From Pseudogymnoascus verrucosus (taxonomy: Eukaryota), in NCBI GenBank assembly GCA_001662655.1, contig KV460207.1: a stretch of 64,000 nt of DNA. One strand, 5' to 3'. A model generated the notes under the pieces. That model was not told the origin of the DNA and did not search any database. It saw only the letters and a list, made by a program, of their open reading frames with translations. The position numbers were made by a program, and so were the translations under genes. Each line of letters opens with the position of its first letter. Within the stretch, counting starts at the first letter, position 1. Of this stretch, positions 24,620-37,057 are shown piece after piece.

Positions 24620-27064
24620 CTTGAGAGATGGAAATGTTGAAATATAGTGTTTTGGCGGTTTGTTGGGCTTGTATCCTGCTTGTTTTAGAAGCTCAGATAG
24701 TAGATTGTGGGGGGGAAGATAGGTAATTATAGTTCTGAAAACCCAATATATGGGATAATCGGATGTTGATTACCGTAATCCCTCATCGGCTCCATTACAG
24801 ACCTCAATAATTGGGTGAAACCGGTTCAATGTGTATTGGTAGGATAGGATAGCAGGATAGGAGTTCCGTGCCAATAACAGACTGCGTCTTCGTGCAGCTG
24901 GAACAGCAATTGTCGAACTGAGTAGCTTCAGCTACTGATGAAAGGCGATCTTCCGCTGAACTGACTGCGAGGCAGACCTCTATGACCTAATGAGGGGGCT
25001 TGTTTCGTCCTGTTTGCCTTCTTGTTGGTCATTGTTTCTTGTGCATGTAACCACTCGTCCAACATTTACATGATATTTATCCTTGTTGGAGGCTATGGTT
25101 GCTGTTGCTCAAAACATGAGACGTAAAGCTACAGAGCACAGTGATAAACTGTAGGCCGTATTGGAGGGGTGAAGTGAAGGCTACCCTTTCCAGTGCCATA
25201 CCTGTGGCCTAGGTGAAACTGAATATGCATACCCATGAAAAGATCTCGGGATAAAACAGGCTTGTATCCAAACGAGTTGGTGTTATGGTGACGACTTTCA
25301 AACATGGCGCTTTGGACTAGGCCATGTATTACAACTATCTAAACCTACGAGAAATATCCGAGTCACAATGCTTGCGATACCTGAAGCTACGAGAAACTGC
25401 ACGCATAGCGCTAAGACCGAAAGACCGAATCATGGGGGGTCTTTCATTTTCGTGTTGCACGGGGATTCAAGCTATCGACGTAGTTGTCGCTAGCTCGAGA
25501 CTCGTTCTATCTTTCAGCACTCGTTATTCAGTGTGCTGCATATGCAGTCGTAGTTGTTCATCTCGAGGTCGGCACAAGTGTATCTTATATCGATTGAAGT
25601 CATGGTCAGGGTCTCGGGGTTGGCCATTTATGGCGTCGTTTGACGTTCAGGGTATTGGCACAGGGACAGACTTAGCTGGGACAGAACAGCCTCAAGGCAG
25701 CCGCAGGGTAAGATAGCGGGGAATGGATTGGTTCGGGATCCTCCTCTCGCACCTGAATGTCAGTCGCCCTGAGACAAAAATAAATCGACCAAGTAAAGTA
25801 CAGCTAGTAGAGACGCTTTTGTGGAGAAGCCAGGGCAGTATCGCCTTGCCACTGGTTCTTTCCACAGAGGAATATTGTTCTTGTTATATGTTTCAGTATT
25901 TTTAAGAGTTCACAATGTCCGATGACATAATTCATCAATTTAGTATCAATTCTTCGCTTTTTTACTTCTTTCCGGGCTTTCATGTGTACACGTTGCACAT
26001 TCCCGTTTCATGACTCAAGAGGTAAACGTTTTCGGATTCGTTGTCACATTCCTGCCATTTGCTTGTGTGGGTGCATCCACTGGTAGTGGTATCAGCAGTG
26101 CAATATATACAGATCTGATCAGATCGAATATTTCACGCAAACATCTGCCGCCAGCCAATGCAAGTTACTTTGGCATTATATTACTTCAGCACCAGCATAG
26201 ACTCCTCCCGTCGGGGTCATTGTCTCTATCTCGTGGATAGATTCTATATTCCATAGGCATTTCCTTCAACCGGTGGAGATGGTCCCTGATCTGCAACCTG
26301 TCTCAAACAGCAGGCAGCCTCCTCCACTCGCGCCGACTACAGATGGCTGGACGGGGGTGTCCATAAATCACTTGACTACTGTCTGAGCTCAGCTAGTGCG
26401 TTGGTGCGCAGGTGCATATTCGATCGCACAGGATCATGTACAACGGCCCGAATGTTGCACATACCCGCATCCGCAATCCCGCTTCCCAATCTCTGATACC
26501 AACCCCAATGTCGGCGGATAAACTGGGGTATCCTTTCGATGTTGTGACCTGTTCTGTATGCCGTGGAGCTTGGGGTTGCCGCACAGGCATAGTTAAGGAG
26601 CGATGGTTGGGCAAGATCGGCAAGTTCGAAGTGATGGGATAAGGATAAGGTCCAGTGAGGACAGAAGGCTTTTTCCGTATCGATTATGCAGCAACAGAAT
26701 TTAAAAAGATCTTCACGATGAGGCTTCGTGCATACTCCAGGAGACTTCTCTATTTGAAGCGAGAGTCGCTGATGTGTACAGAAAGCAACGAATAAAAAGC
26801 ATTCGTGCCAAGAGAAACGGTGTAAAACCAAGACAGTTGCGGACAAAATGGAACCAGTTATAGTGTATGGGTTTTTCAACTGGATCAAACTTACCGTAGT
26901 TCTCAAGCCATATCGCATCACATAGTCCACATGGTTTCGCATCATAACTGAAATTGTGAAGCCCTTTGCATTCATGAAAGTACACCTAAGCAATCCTTGA
27001 ATGCAATAATCTGATGCAGATCCACAACCAGACTTGCAAAAACACCATGCCCATACCCTCACAT

Positions 27065-27918
27065 TTATTTCTTAGACGCAGCAGCCTCGTCAGCCTTGTC
27101 CTTCGCCCGCTTCTCACGCGCACCGGCGTATCTTTGCTCGCTCCTCGAGTCTCTGAGCTTTCTGTAAGCACCACCCTCAACGGCAGCTGGGACGTCGCTC
27201 TTCTTGATCTCGGTAACGGCAACGGCGGCAGCGTGGGGGAATGCGGCCTTAGTGCTCTTGGTGTACTCCTTCTGGGCGGCGGAGACCTCCTCCTTGGAGG
27301 CGTCTCCGGCCTTGGCCTGGCCAGCCTTTCTTGGGAAAAGGATGAGGCGGGCCTTGTAAGCCTTGAGGCGCTCGACGTTCAGGGTGAGGGACTCGACGGA
27401 AAGGTTCTGGCGGCGGGTGTCGACGGAGATACCGATGGTGCGAGCAAGCTTGCGTGGGATGGCGGCCTCCTAAAAATACAAGTCAGATATCCGGTCTTCT
27501 TTCACCTCGCGGTTCCGCTGTAAATTACCTTCAGCTCCTCAAGGGAGAAACCACGTCCGGCACGGACACGGCGGTTGTACTTGACAGTTGGGCAGCGGAC
27601 AATTGGTCTCAGCTTGTCCACTGGGCGAGGGGCAACAGCGGCGGCCTTGGAGAGACGTGCATTGCGGCGTCTAAGCTTGCGACCTGGCTATTGTGGGTGT
27701 TAGAATTTTTCCTGATCTCGTCTTCCTTCCCCCGATCTTGTTTCGGGCATCGCAGAGGGTGTGAATGTACCTGGTCGAAGTGAACGCGAACCCGACGCTG
27801 CCAATCCTTGCGGAAATCTATCCATCAACAGTCAGTACCTGGGCCATTCGAAGCGCGCAATATTGCTGATGGTGTTCTTACGGTTGTGCGGGATCTGCTG
27901 GTTGTGCTTGATGGCCAT
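27065..27918 (-). CDS. RPL13: 60S ribosomal protein L13 (eL13), multi-exon
   Basis: [51 protein letters not shown], ends [18 protein letters not shown]. Confidence 0.96.
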
Positions 27919-29621
27919 TTTGGTATCAAGTCGTTGCCGTTGTCGTTGGTCGTTGTCTTCGTGGGAGTTCCAAGTCGGAGGAAGAGGGAGCCACAAATTC
28001 GTGAAATCTCGATTGTGTGCGCCCTAAGCGAGAAATTGCCCAAGCACAATTGGAATTATGTGGGTAGTGGGCAAGAATTCACGTGCTGCTTTTAGAGCAC
28101 GGGCCACCGAACTTTTTTTGAATTTATTATGGCAGATCACGTGCACAGCAATTGAAACGGTAGATTAGATAGATGGAACTGTTTGTTGGGTCCTCAGGCT
28201 GCAAAACATCAATTCACGCGCTAGCCAAAGTTTGCAGTGTTTGCACTTGTCACATTTCCCGATTCAGACTCGCTTAGTTCCTGCCAGTTCAGTATAAATA
28301 TCTCGCCTCCCCCCTTCGATAACCTCTTCTTTTCTTCTTCATACTTACCTTGTGATGGCCAGGATGCTCATGAATATCCTCGGCCCTAATGCGAGAGCTC
28401 CATTGCACATCGGGGACTCAAGCATCGGCCAATATCCTTCGGGGTCTTGGATCGCGGAATTTTTGATTGCACTCCCTTTGGGAACCCTTTTCATTGAGAT
28501 CATGGCCTGGTGCCTTGGCTTGAAGAAGAACATCACAATATTTTTCTGCGACGCGTAAATAAGAGAACTGAAACTACCTGTGCTTTTATTCTTGCAAAAT
28601 GTAGATATATGGCTTTGTAATATCAGGCTGGTGCGATTTGTATGATCATGATAAGCTGGATATGTGAGGCTGGCACGTACTCTCGAGTGAGGAATATACA
28701 ACGGTATTTATTGTTTTTAGTCAGCAACGGACTGCAACGCTCGTCGCTTTTGGGAACCCTTCCTTCCGAATCATATCCAGACATGTCAGGCTCTCTCAGC
28801 TGTATAAATTTGGGTTGTTCCTGGCCCAATAAACAAGGTTCCGTTGTCGTTGGATACGCGGCAAGGGCCAAGCGGCATCCGAAGTATCCTCGTTGGCAAA
28901 CCATGACGTTACCATGCTACCCCGCATCGCGATTCCCCTCTGGAGATCGCACGACCAGATGTCTAATTCCAAGTCCAAAGCCTTTGTAAACCTATTGTTG
29001 TTTTGTATACAGATTTAATATAATACCATCTATCAAGCAACTTCGGCTTTCTACATTTCGAGATTAAATTCGGGTATTATAGCTCAGTCTTTGACGTTTC
29101 GTGATCTCTGTTCTGCGAGGCTGAAAAGAGGGGTATTGCATACACAAACAACAGATCCCGATTACATGCTGTAGAAAGAAATACTACAGGGTACAGAATA
29201 TCATAGCTATTGTATATTCGTGCTCGAGGTAATAATGGATGAAGCTACGTTTAAGTAATCTAGAATTCTCTCTTCTGGAATATAAAATATATACATAAAA
29301 AATTAATATTATTTGTAGGAATTTAAACCTCGTTTTTTTCGGACGTAAACCCCACCGCAAGATTCACTTAATTGTAGGTGCCAAACCACTCGAGTATGAA
29401 TAGATACATAATCAGAAACAAATAAAGCCCATAATTCAGGCTGTAACTAGTGCTATTGAATGGGTGCAAGCTCCGAATATGAAGCCCCATGCGTTGTCAT
29501 GATTCCCCACACGTGATGGGATATATATCGTCACCCCGCACACCGCCGCACTTAACACAACCCCTCCATATCCCAACATCAAACACCCTCAGACCCAAAT
29601 AGCTCCTGGATTACCGCAAAA

Positions 29622-30570
29622 ATGCCCGTCGGAATCAAGACCGTGAGTTCCGCTGTCCCTGCTGCACATGTGGACACTGCCTAACTGTTTCCAGCCGTCG
29701 AACCAAATCAAACTGACAAACGTTTCGTTGGTGCGACTCAAGAAGGGCAAGAAGCGCTTCGAAATCGCCTGCTACAAGAACAAAGTGCTCGAATGGCGCA
29801 ACGGCATCGAGAAGAACCTCGATGAGGTCCTACAAATCCCCAACGTCTTCGTGAACGTGTCGAAGGGCGAGACGGCGAAGAAGGAAGACCTGGCAAAGGC
29901 GTTCGGGAAAGACGTGAAGCAGGATGACATTATCTTGGAGATTCTGAACAAGGGCGAGCTGCAGGTTGGCGAGAAGGAGCGTGCGGCGCAGCTGGAGCGT
30001 GTACACAACGAGATTGTTGATATTGTGGCGGGGAAGCTGGTCGACCCGAAGACAAAGAAGGTGTATACTACTGGGATGATCGAGAAGGCACTGGATATGG
30101 TCAGCGCTGCTGGATCGCAGGAGAGGCAAGAGAAGAATGCTGCCGGAGCAGAGGCCCCTGCTGAGGGAGAGGAGAAGAAGCACCTGCCGACGTGGACTGG
30201 AGTCAATGCTACGAAGAGCGCAAAGAGTCAGGCCCTGGAGGCTATTAAGGCACTGGTGGCGAGGCAGCCCATACCTGTTGAGAGGGCCAGGATGAGCCTA
30301 CGGATTACATGCCCGATGAAGGAGCTTAAGAATACGTTGAAGGGCCAGAAGGTTGGTGGAGAGGACGGAGAGAGGAAGATGACCGTTAAGGATAAGATTC
30401 TGGAACTGGTCGAGCAGATCGAGAGACAAGAAGTCACCGGGAGTGAGTGGGAGCTTGTCGGTTTCGTAGAGCCAGGAGCATACAAGCTCCTGGGTGATCT
30501 CATTGGAAGCGAGACGAAGGGTGCTGGCAGGATCGAGGTTTTGGATATGGCAGTTAAACATGAAGATTGA
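29622..30570 (+). CDS. SDO1: Ribosome maturation factor Sdo1/SBDS; exons 29622-29642, 29695-30570
   Basis: PSNQIKLTNVSLVRLKKGKKRFEIACYKNKV, KGELQV, KSAKSQALEAIK, IPVERARM. Confidence 0.95.
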
Positions 30571-31526
30571 AGTGCTGCTGGAGCGAGTAGTCGAGAGGAA
30601 GGTGCGGGATACGGTTCAACCGTCCCATGGCTTCGATGCGATGTATTCACGGAGGCTGAGCGACTGTCGTATTCTGAAAGTGGCCACGGATGGGAGACCC
30701 AGGCAGGAGAGTCTGGGCAAGCCCCAGGAATCCCTCCCGAAACAACTCGTATGGAGGGAGAGGTCTATATAGTTAAGCGGAAGACAGAATCCGAACAAGA
30801 TATCCCCCGTACTGTATTTCGTTCGCATGGCTGCAAACATCATTGTCCTCATGCCCGCTAACAAGTCTGAGGAGCGACTAGGGGTGACATCAGTGATTAC
30901 AGCAACTGTAGTTAAAATAAAGGCTTGCAATTACTTAGGGCTATGATTATCATATTAGTTACTCAGAGATACAGACAAAGAGATAGATACTATCAGCTTA
31001 AATTGCTGGCATCGATCCTCAGCAATGTACTGTACATACAGGACTCCCTCCGAGATGTCCGTATATAGGCACGTGACATACTTCCTAGGCACACAGACAG
31101 CTTACGTCATTTCCCGGATAAGGCCTCTGAGGTGGTGCAACCTGGCGGATCCGAGTGAACAGTCCCCGGATATAACCTGCAGCAACTGTAATGGAAATAA
31201 ATGGAAATAAAGACTTTTAATTACTGTCTATAATTGATATATCAGTTCCTTAAATAATAGAGCACAAAAGACATATCCTATTAACTCAAATTGGTGGTAT
31301 TAATACTTCGCTACATAGATACGGTTCAATCGGTACCAGACCTGGCAGGGCCACCAAGGTGTTAGCGTAGCGATAGCAACGACGCTAGCCGTCACACAGT
31401 CATTCAGGCACCGCCCACCGCCTACCGCCCACTTGTCCGACCATCGTCGCCACTACCGACCTTCCGCATCATCTCCCCTCACCATTCCCAACAACATCAA
31501 TCGTCAACCAAATATTGATACAGACG

Positions 31527-33222
31527 ATGAAATTCCTTGCCACTACCGCCCTCATCGGCGCTGCGACCGCTGCTGTTGCTCCTCAACAGCATGTCTTCAA
31601 GAACCCGTTCCACCAAGAGCCGATCGTTGGTGACTCCAAGGCATCGCCTTCCTGGAGCTCATTGCTCGGTCCGCTGGCGGAGAGCATGAATAACATGGGC
31701 GCTGAGGCGAAGGCCGTCTGGGACGAGGTGACGATGATGTTCCCCGAGCAGATGAGCAAGGCAAACTTCCTGTCGTCTCCGAAGCCAAGCAAGAAGAGAC
31801 CGGATAGCACATGGGACTACATCGTGAAGGGTGCTGATGTACAAGGTATTAAGATTATGAATGAGAATGGCGAGGAAGAGAGGGCTATTGATGGCCACCT
31901 TGACTCGTACAATCTGAGAGCTAAGCACGTTGACCCAAAGAAACTGGGCGTTGATACTGTGAAACAGTACAGCGGCTATTTGGATGACGAGGAGAACGAT
32001 AAGCATCTCTTCTACTGTAAGCACCTGACAACCCAAAGTACACGAATCTTGACTAACATTATTAGGGTTCTTTGAGTCTCGCAATGATCCGGTCAACGAT
32101 CCCGTCGTTCTCTGGCTCAACGGCGGCCCAGGCTGCTCATCCCTCACTGGTCTCTTCCTTGAGCTTGGCCCATCATCCATCGATAAGGACCTTAAGCTTC
32201 ACAACAACCCATACTCTTGGAATGCCAATGCATCTGTCATCTTCCTCGACCAGCCCGTCAACGTCGGTTATTCCTACAGCGGTGGCTCTGTCAGCAACAC
32301 CGTTGCTGCAGGAAAGGACGTATATGCACTCCTCACCCTCTTCTTCCAGCAATTCCCCCAGTATGCGAAGCAGGACTTCCACATTGCTGGAGAGTCATAT
32401 GCCGGCCACTACATCCCAGTTTTCACCTCCGAGATTCTCTCGCACAAGAAGCGCAACATCAACTTGAAGTCGATTCTCATCGGCAATGGCTTGACTGATG
32501 GTTTGACTCAGTACGAGTACTACAGGCCTATGGCCTGCGGTGATGGTGGCTGGCCAGCTGTTCTCGGGGAAAGCGACTGCAAAGCTATGGACAACTCCCT
32601 TGCACGCTGCCAGTCTCTGATTGAAAGCTGCTACCAAAGTGAGAGCGTCTGGTCCTGCGTCCCTGCCAGCATCTACTGTAACAACGCCATGATGGGCCCA
32701 TACCAGCGCACTGGACAGAACGTGTACGACGTGCGCAGCAAGTGCGAAGACAGCTCTAATTTGTGCTACTCTGCGCTCGGCTGGATCTCTGAGTTCCTCA
32801 ACAAGAAGGAGGTACAGGCCGAGCTTGGTGTCGAGGTCTCTTCGTACGATTCGTGCAACTTTGACATCAACCGCAACTTCCTGTTCCAGGGTGACTGGAT
32901 GAAGCCCTTCCACCGCCTGGTCCCAAGCATCCTTGAGCAGATCCCAGTGCTTATATACGCTGGTGACACCGACTTCATCTGCAACTGGCTCGGTAACCGT
33001 GCCTGGACTGATAAGCTCGAGTGGAACGGACGCAAGGACTACAAGTCTGCCGAGACAAAGGATCTTACGATGGGCGAGGAGAAGACCGGCACTGTCAAGT
33101 CGAGCGGGAACCTCACATTCATGAGGATCTTCGCCGCTGGACATATGGTGCCAATGAACCAACCCGAGCCCAGCTTGGATTTCTTCAACAGGTGGATCGG
33201 TGGCGAGTGGTTCAACAACTAA
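31527..33222 (+). CDS. PRC1: Carboxypeptidase Y (S10 serine carboxypeptidase) preproprotein; one intron near 32017-32065
   Basis: Signal and propeptide, [45 protein letters not shown]. Confidence 0.95.
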
Positions 33223-33978
33223 ATTGTTGTGGACCATATATAGTCGATTTATTTGGTTTTGGAAGGTGTTGGTGATTTAGGGTACTTTGAACATAACATG
33301 ATTTGCATTATTTTTTAAATTACATCGTCTGCTGCCATTATTTGAGTATAGTTGAACTTTATCGTGACTGGTACCTTCGTCAATATTTAGCCCTTGTAGA
33401 CATATAACCACGTGATACACAATATACTGTCAAAAATATTTATAGCATACTATAATACCATAGTATAAACACTGTAGTTAATCTGGATATCGATTTTAAG
33501 TAGACTTTTGGTTTCTTACCTCACCAGAACTGGTCTGCTTGTCATCCCCAATGTCATCTCGTCAAGATATTGCCAATAGTCGGCGCTTACCTCTCCTCGG
33601 TGGCAAATACTGATCCTTTTTCATAGTGTTAGAAGAATAGAGAATGCAAGAAAAGGTACTACGAGCGATTGAAGGTGCAGAAAGCGTTACGGAAGAAACT
33701 GAGCGGTGTTGCACACACGACGACAGGTCAGCTAATCTAGCGGAGTTTTTACCATTGATTCGAAGCCCACAAACTCCGTCTGGCAAACAGAACCACAATC
33801 ACATAGAACACAAGGGAACCAGTTGTTTTTGAATTGTTTTCAGATTGACACAGCGAGGTAGAGGACACCCATATCCCAGCGTCTGCTGAGGAGCGATACA
33901 CCAGCATAAAAACGCGTGCAAGCCCTTGCAATGCTATACTCCGCCCTCCCAATCCATCCCAAACCCAGAACGATGCGC

Positions 33979-34537
33979 TTAACCTCCCTTCTTCTTGGAG
34001 ACACCGACGGTGCGGCCCCTGCGTCCGGTGGTCTTGGAGTGCTGTCCGCGGACACGCAGGCCCCAGTAGTGACGGAGACCACGGTGAGCGCGGATCTTCT
34101 TCAGGCGCTCGAGATCGTCACGGAGCTTGGAGTCGACGTTGTTGGCCAGGACCTGGTAGTCCTTGCCATCCACGATATCGCGTTGTCTGTTGAGGAACCA
34201 GGCGGGGATCTTGTATTGCGTGGGGTTCTGGATGATGGTGACGATGCGCTCGAGCTCTTCCGAGGTGAGTTCTCCGGCACTGTTGATTCAATTAGTTTCT
34301 GTGTGTTGTTTGATCGGTCTAGTCCATTGCGCTCTTCAGGCAGTGGACTGCATTGGGGAATGCATACCGCTTGTTGAGGTCAACATCAGCCTTCTTGCAG
34401 ACCAAGTTGGAGTAACGGCGTCCGACACCCTTGATCTTGGTCAAGGCGTACATGACCTTTTGCTTTCCCTCGACATTGGTGTTTAGAAGTCGCAGGATGA
34501 ACTGGAAGTTCGACTTCTCGGCCGATACGAGAGACAT
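33979..34537 (-). CDS. RPS18: 40S ribosomal protein S18 (uS13); intron 34280-34367
   Basis: [59 protein letters not shown]. Confidence 0.97.
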
Positions 34538-36116
34538 GATGGCGACTGTTGTGGTGAAGTCGCTGTCGCTATCGAATCTTGCCAGAGGAAATGTCGTAAA
34601 AGCTCTCGACGCGAAGAAGTGTGCGGACTAACCCTTAGCGTGGAATTTACAAGCGAGGTCATGTGACCACCACCTCGAGATATTCAATCATCACCGAGGC
34701 GGATCGCCAAGTGGGAGAACATCGACGACCAGGCATCAAGATCACGATTTAAAATAATAAAATATTTCCGGGCTTATCCGGTTCTTGGCTTTTGGTTTGA
34801 TTCGATTCGTGCCACGAAGATTATATGACCAATTTTTGGTCCTGATACACCCGGACCTGCCTGTTATATCCACGGGTATCAACCCTGCCAGCCTTTCATC
34901 TGGAGTCTGGAACGACGTTTTGGGTTCTTGCTTCCGGATCCGAATGAATCCAGCATGAGTTACTATGGCGATTGCCATATACCGGATCGCATCATTGGCC
35001 TATGGGCTTACCTTGGTGGTGCCATTGACGTGACCAGCCGGAACAGTGTCCATTGACATGACCAACCGCAACAGCCGTCGCGCTGCGCCCCAAACGGTGT
35101 AAATCAGGGGAGCATTGTTCTGGCTTCGGATCAAAGAACATCGTGTTGATAGTATGTAATATTTCATTTTTTCACGGGGTTGCATTGCAGTTTCAAGGGC
35201 AATCATACCTTTACCGTCGCGGATTTGCCGTGAGGCTCATCCAAACAGCTCCTGTCGCAAACACGGTCTCAGGCTGGGTCCAGGGTGTTTGCTTGAAAAC
35301 TGTCAAAGTTCCACCCACATAATTCAGGATTACTGCCATTATGGCCTTGAATGATTTGAGTTTTTGCCAATCATGTCTGTTTTTTGGGCAGACGTCAACT
35401 GGGTCAAGCTTTTTGGCGCCAAGGCATCGCGATGGCCACCGCATCGACCACGATGATGACCCTCTCTTTTTAAGCCTGCAATTCATTTTTTATTATCGTA
35501 CCAGCAGGCAATTGCTTTGCGAGCAGACAAGTGAATGCCCCAAAGGAATTATATTTAAATCAATTTATTAAAATCGTCTACAATGAGAAATGTCAGCGTG
35601 AGAAACAGAACGAAAATTCTGTGAGGTGTTAAATCGGTATGATCGACCCCACCTACACCAACGGGCGCTTAGACGTCACCAACACCATGCCATCCGACCC
35701 CTTGACTGTCATATTCCCCTTGATATTTTCTTCATTATGAACACCTTACTAAATCCCCAACCCCACGCAATAAGCTTAATCACAATACTAGAAAATCTTG
35801 GCGCGTGCTTCATAATCCTTGCAAGGAGATGGCGTCTGCCGTTGTCAGGCTGGGACGGAAGACAACCCATCCGTCTAGGCATCGTCGATTCCGAGGGCGT
35901 TCCGGGAAAATATCATATATGAAGTCAGAGCCTGCCTCGACTTTTAGAAATGCCACAGCAGGACCTCAATCTTTGACAGAAGCCTACTTCCTGCACGCAC
36001 ACACTCCTTCCATTTTTCAGCGCGCTGGTAGCCATCTTATAATTTTACTTAATTGGTCATTCTCATTCTATTCCGGTCGCTATAATACTTTAGTGTCTTT
36101 GCCGCCATCCATCAAT

Positions 36117-37057
36117 ATGCTTTTCAACTCCGCCGCAGCTTTGTTGAGCCTCGCTGCTCTTGTTTCCGGTGGTAAGGCTCACCCACTGTACAAAGCTGGG
36201 TCCATGTTAACTAACACCTTGCAGCACCCCGTCCTGAGTCTGGACTCAGCGCGCGTAGCCCTGGACAGCACTTACACTCGCGCCACGTTCAGTCGCTTGA
36301 TGCCCGAGCTGTGGTCGTGGTTGCTGGCAACGGCAATAACAACAACAACAACGGCAATGGCAGGAATAATGATAACAACCGGAACAACCAGAACAACCGC
36401 AACAACAACGACATCAACAACGTCATAATCTCCACGACCGTCATCCAGCTCTCGGACACCCAGCGCCAACAAGAGGTTGCCCTCATCGTAGTCGTCCAAG
36501 ACCAAGTGCGTCAGCGCAGTGGCAGGGACTTTGAGCTCCGCCAGCAGAAGGATCGCATCCGCCAGAACCACTACAGGAACAAGAACCGCAATGCCGTGAG
36601 TCCTACCTATCCTCCCCCAATGCCACCCCGCGCGAGACAGTAGCTAACAACAAACCAGAACACCGTCATCGTCATCGTCACCGAAGTCGTCGACAGCCGC
36701 ACCGCCAACCGCCAATCCCGCTTCATGTCCCGCCAGATCCGCGCCAACAACAACCAACCCAGCGACGTAACCGTCATCGTCGCCGACTCCGCCATCACTC
36801 TTCTCCCCGTCGGCGTCAACCAGAACCAAGCCCAAGGCGGCGCGCGCCCCACTGCCGTGCTGGAAGGCCAGGCAGCGGCATCGGCAGCGGCGCTGGCGGC
36901 TATCCAGACCGTTGACCCGAATGCTCCGTTCTTGCAGACGAACCGCACGGTGATGGCGCCGGCTGGGCAGGCGTTCCCGAGTTTTGCGGGGGTGGAGCTC
37001 GATCCGGCGAGGATTGTGGAGGAGGGCGCTCAAGGGGTGGCGGTTAGTGTTGTTTAG
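36117..37057 (+). CDS. Secreted Asn-rich protein of unknown function; 3 exons
   Basis: Signal MLFNSAAALLSLAALVSG; introns near 36172-36224 and 36596-36658 join frames; Asn tract followed by Val/Ile-rich strands. Confidence 0.75.

Noticed and set aside
26376..27062. 228-aa minus-strand ORF directly after RPL13
   Set aside because: Overlaps the RPL13 3' UTR, has an atypical composition and no motif; RPL13 ends in TAA with no readthrough evidence.
27014..27783. Plus-strand ORFs of 169 and 109 aa
   Set aside because: Antisense shadows of the codon-biased RPL13 gene.
28345..28989. Short ORFs between RPL13 and SDO1 (likewise 34742-35600)
   Set aside because: No recognisable motifs or consistent splice model; left unannotated.
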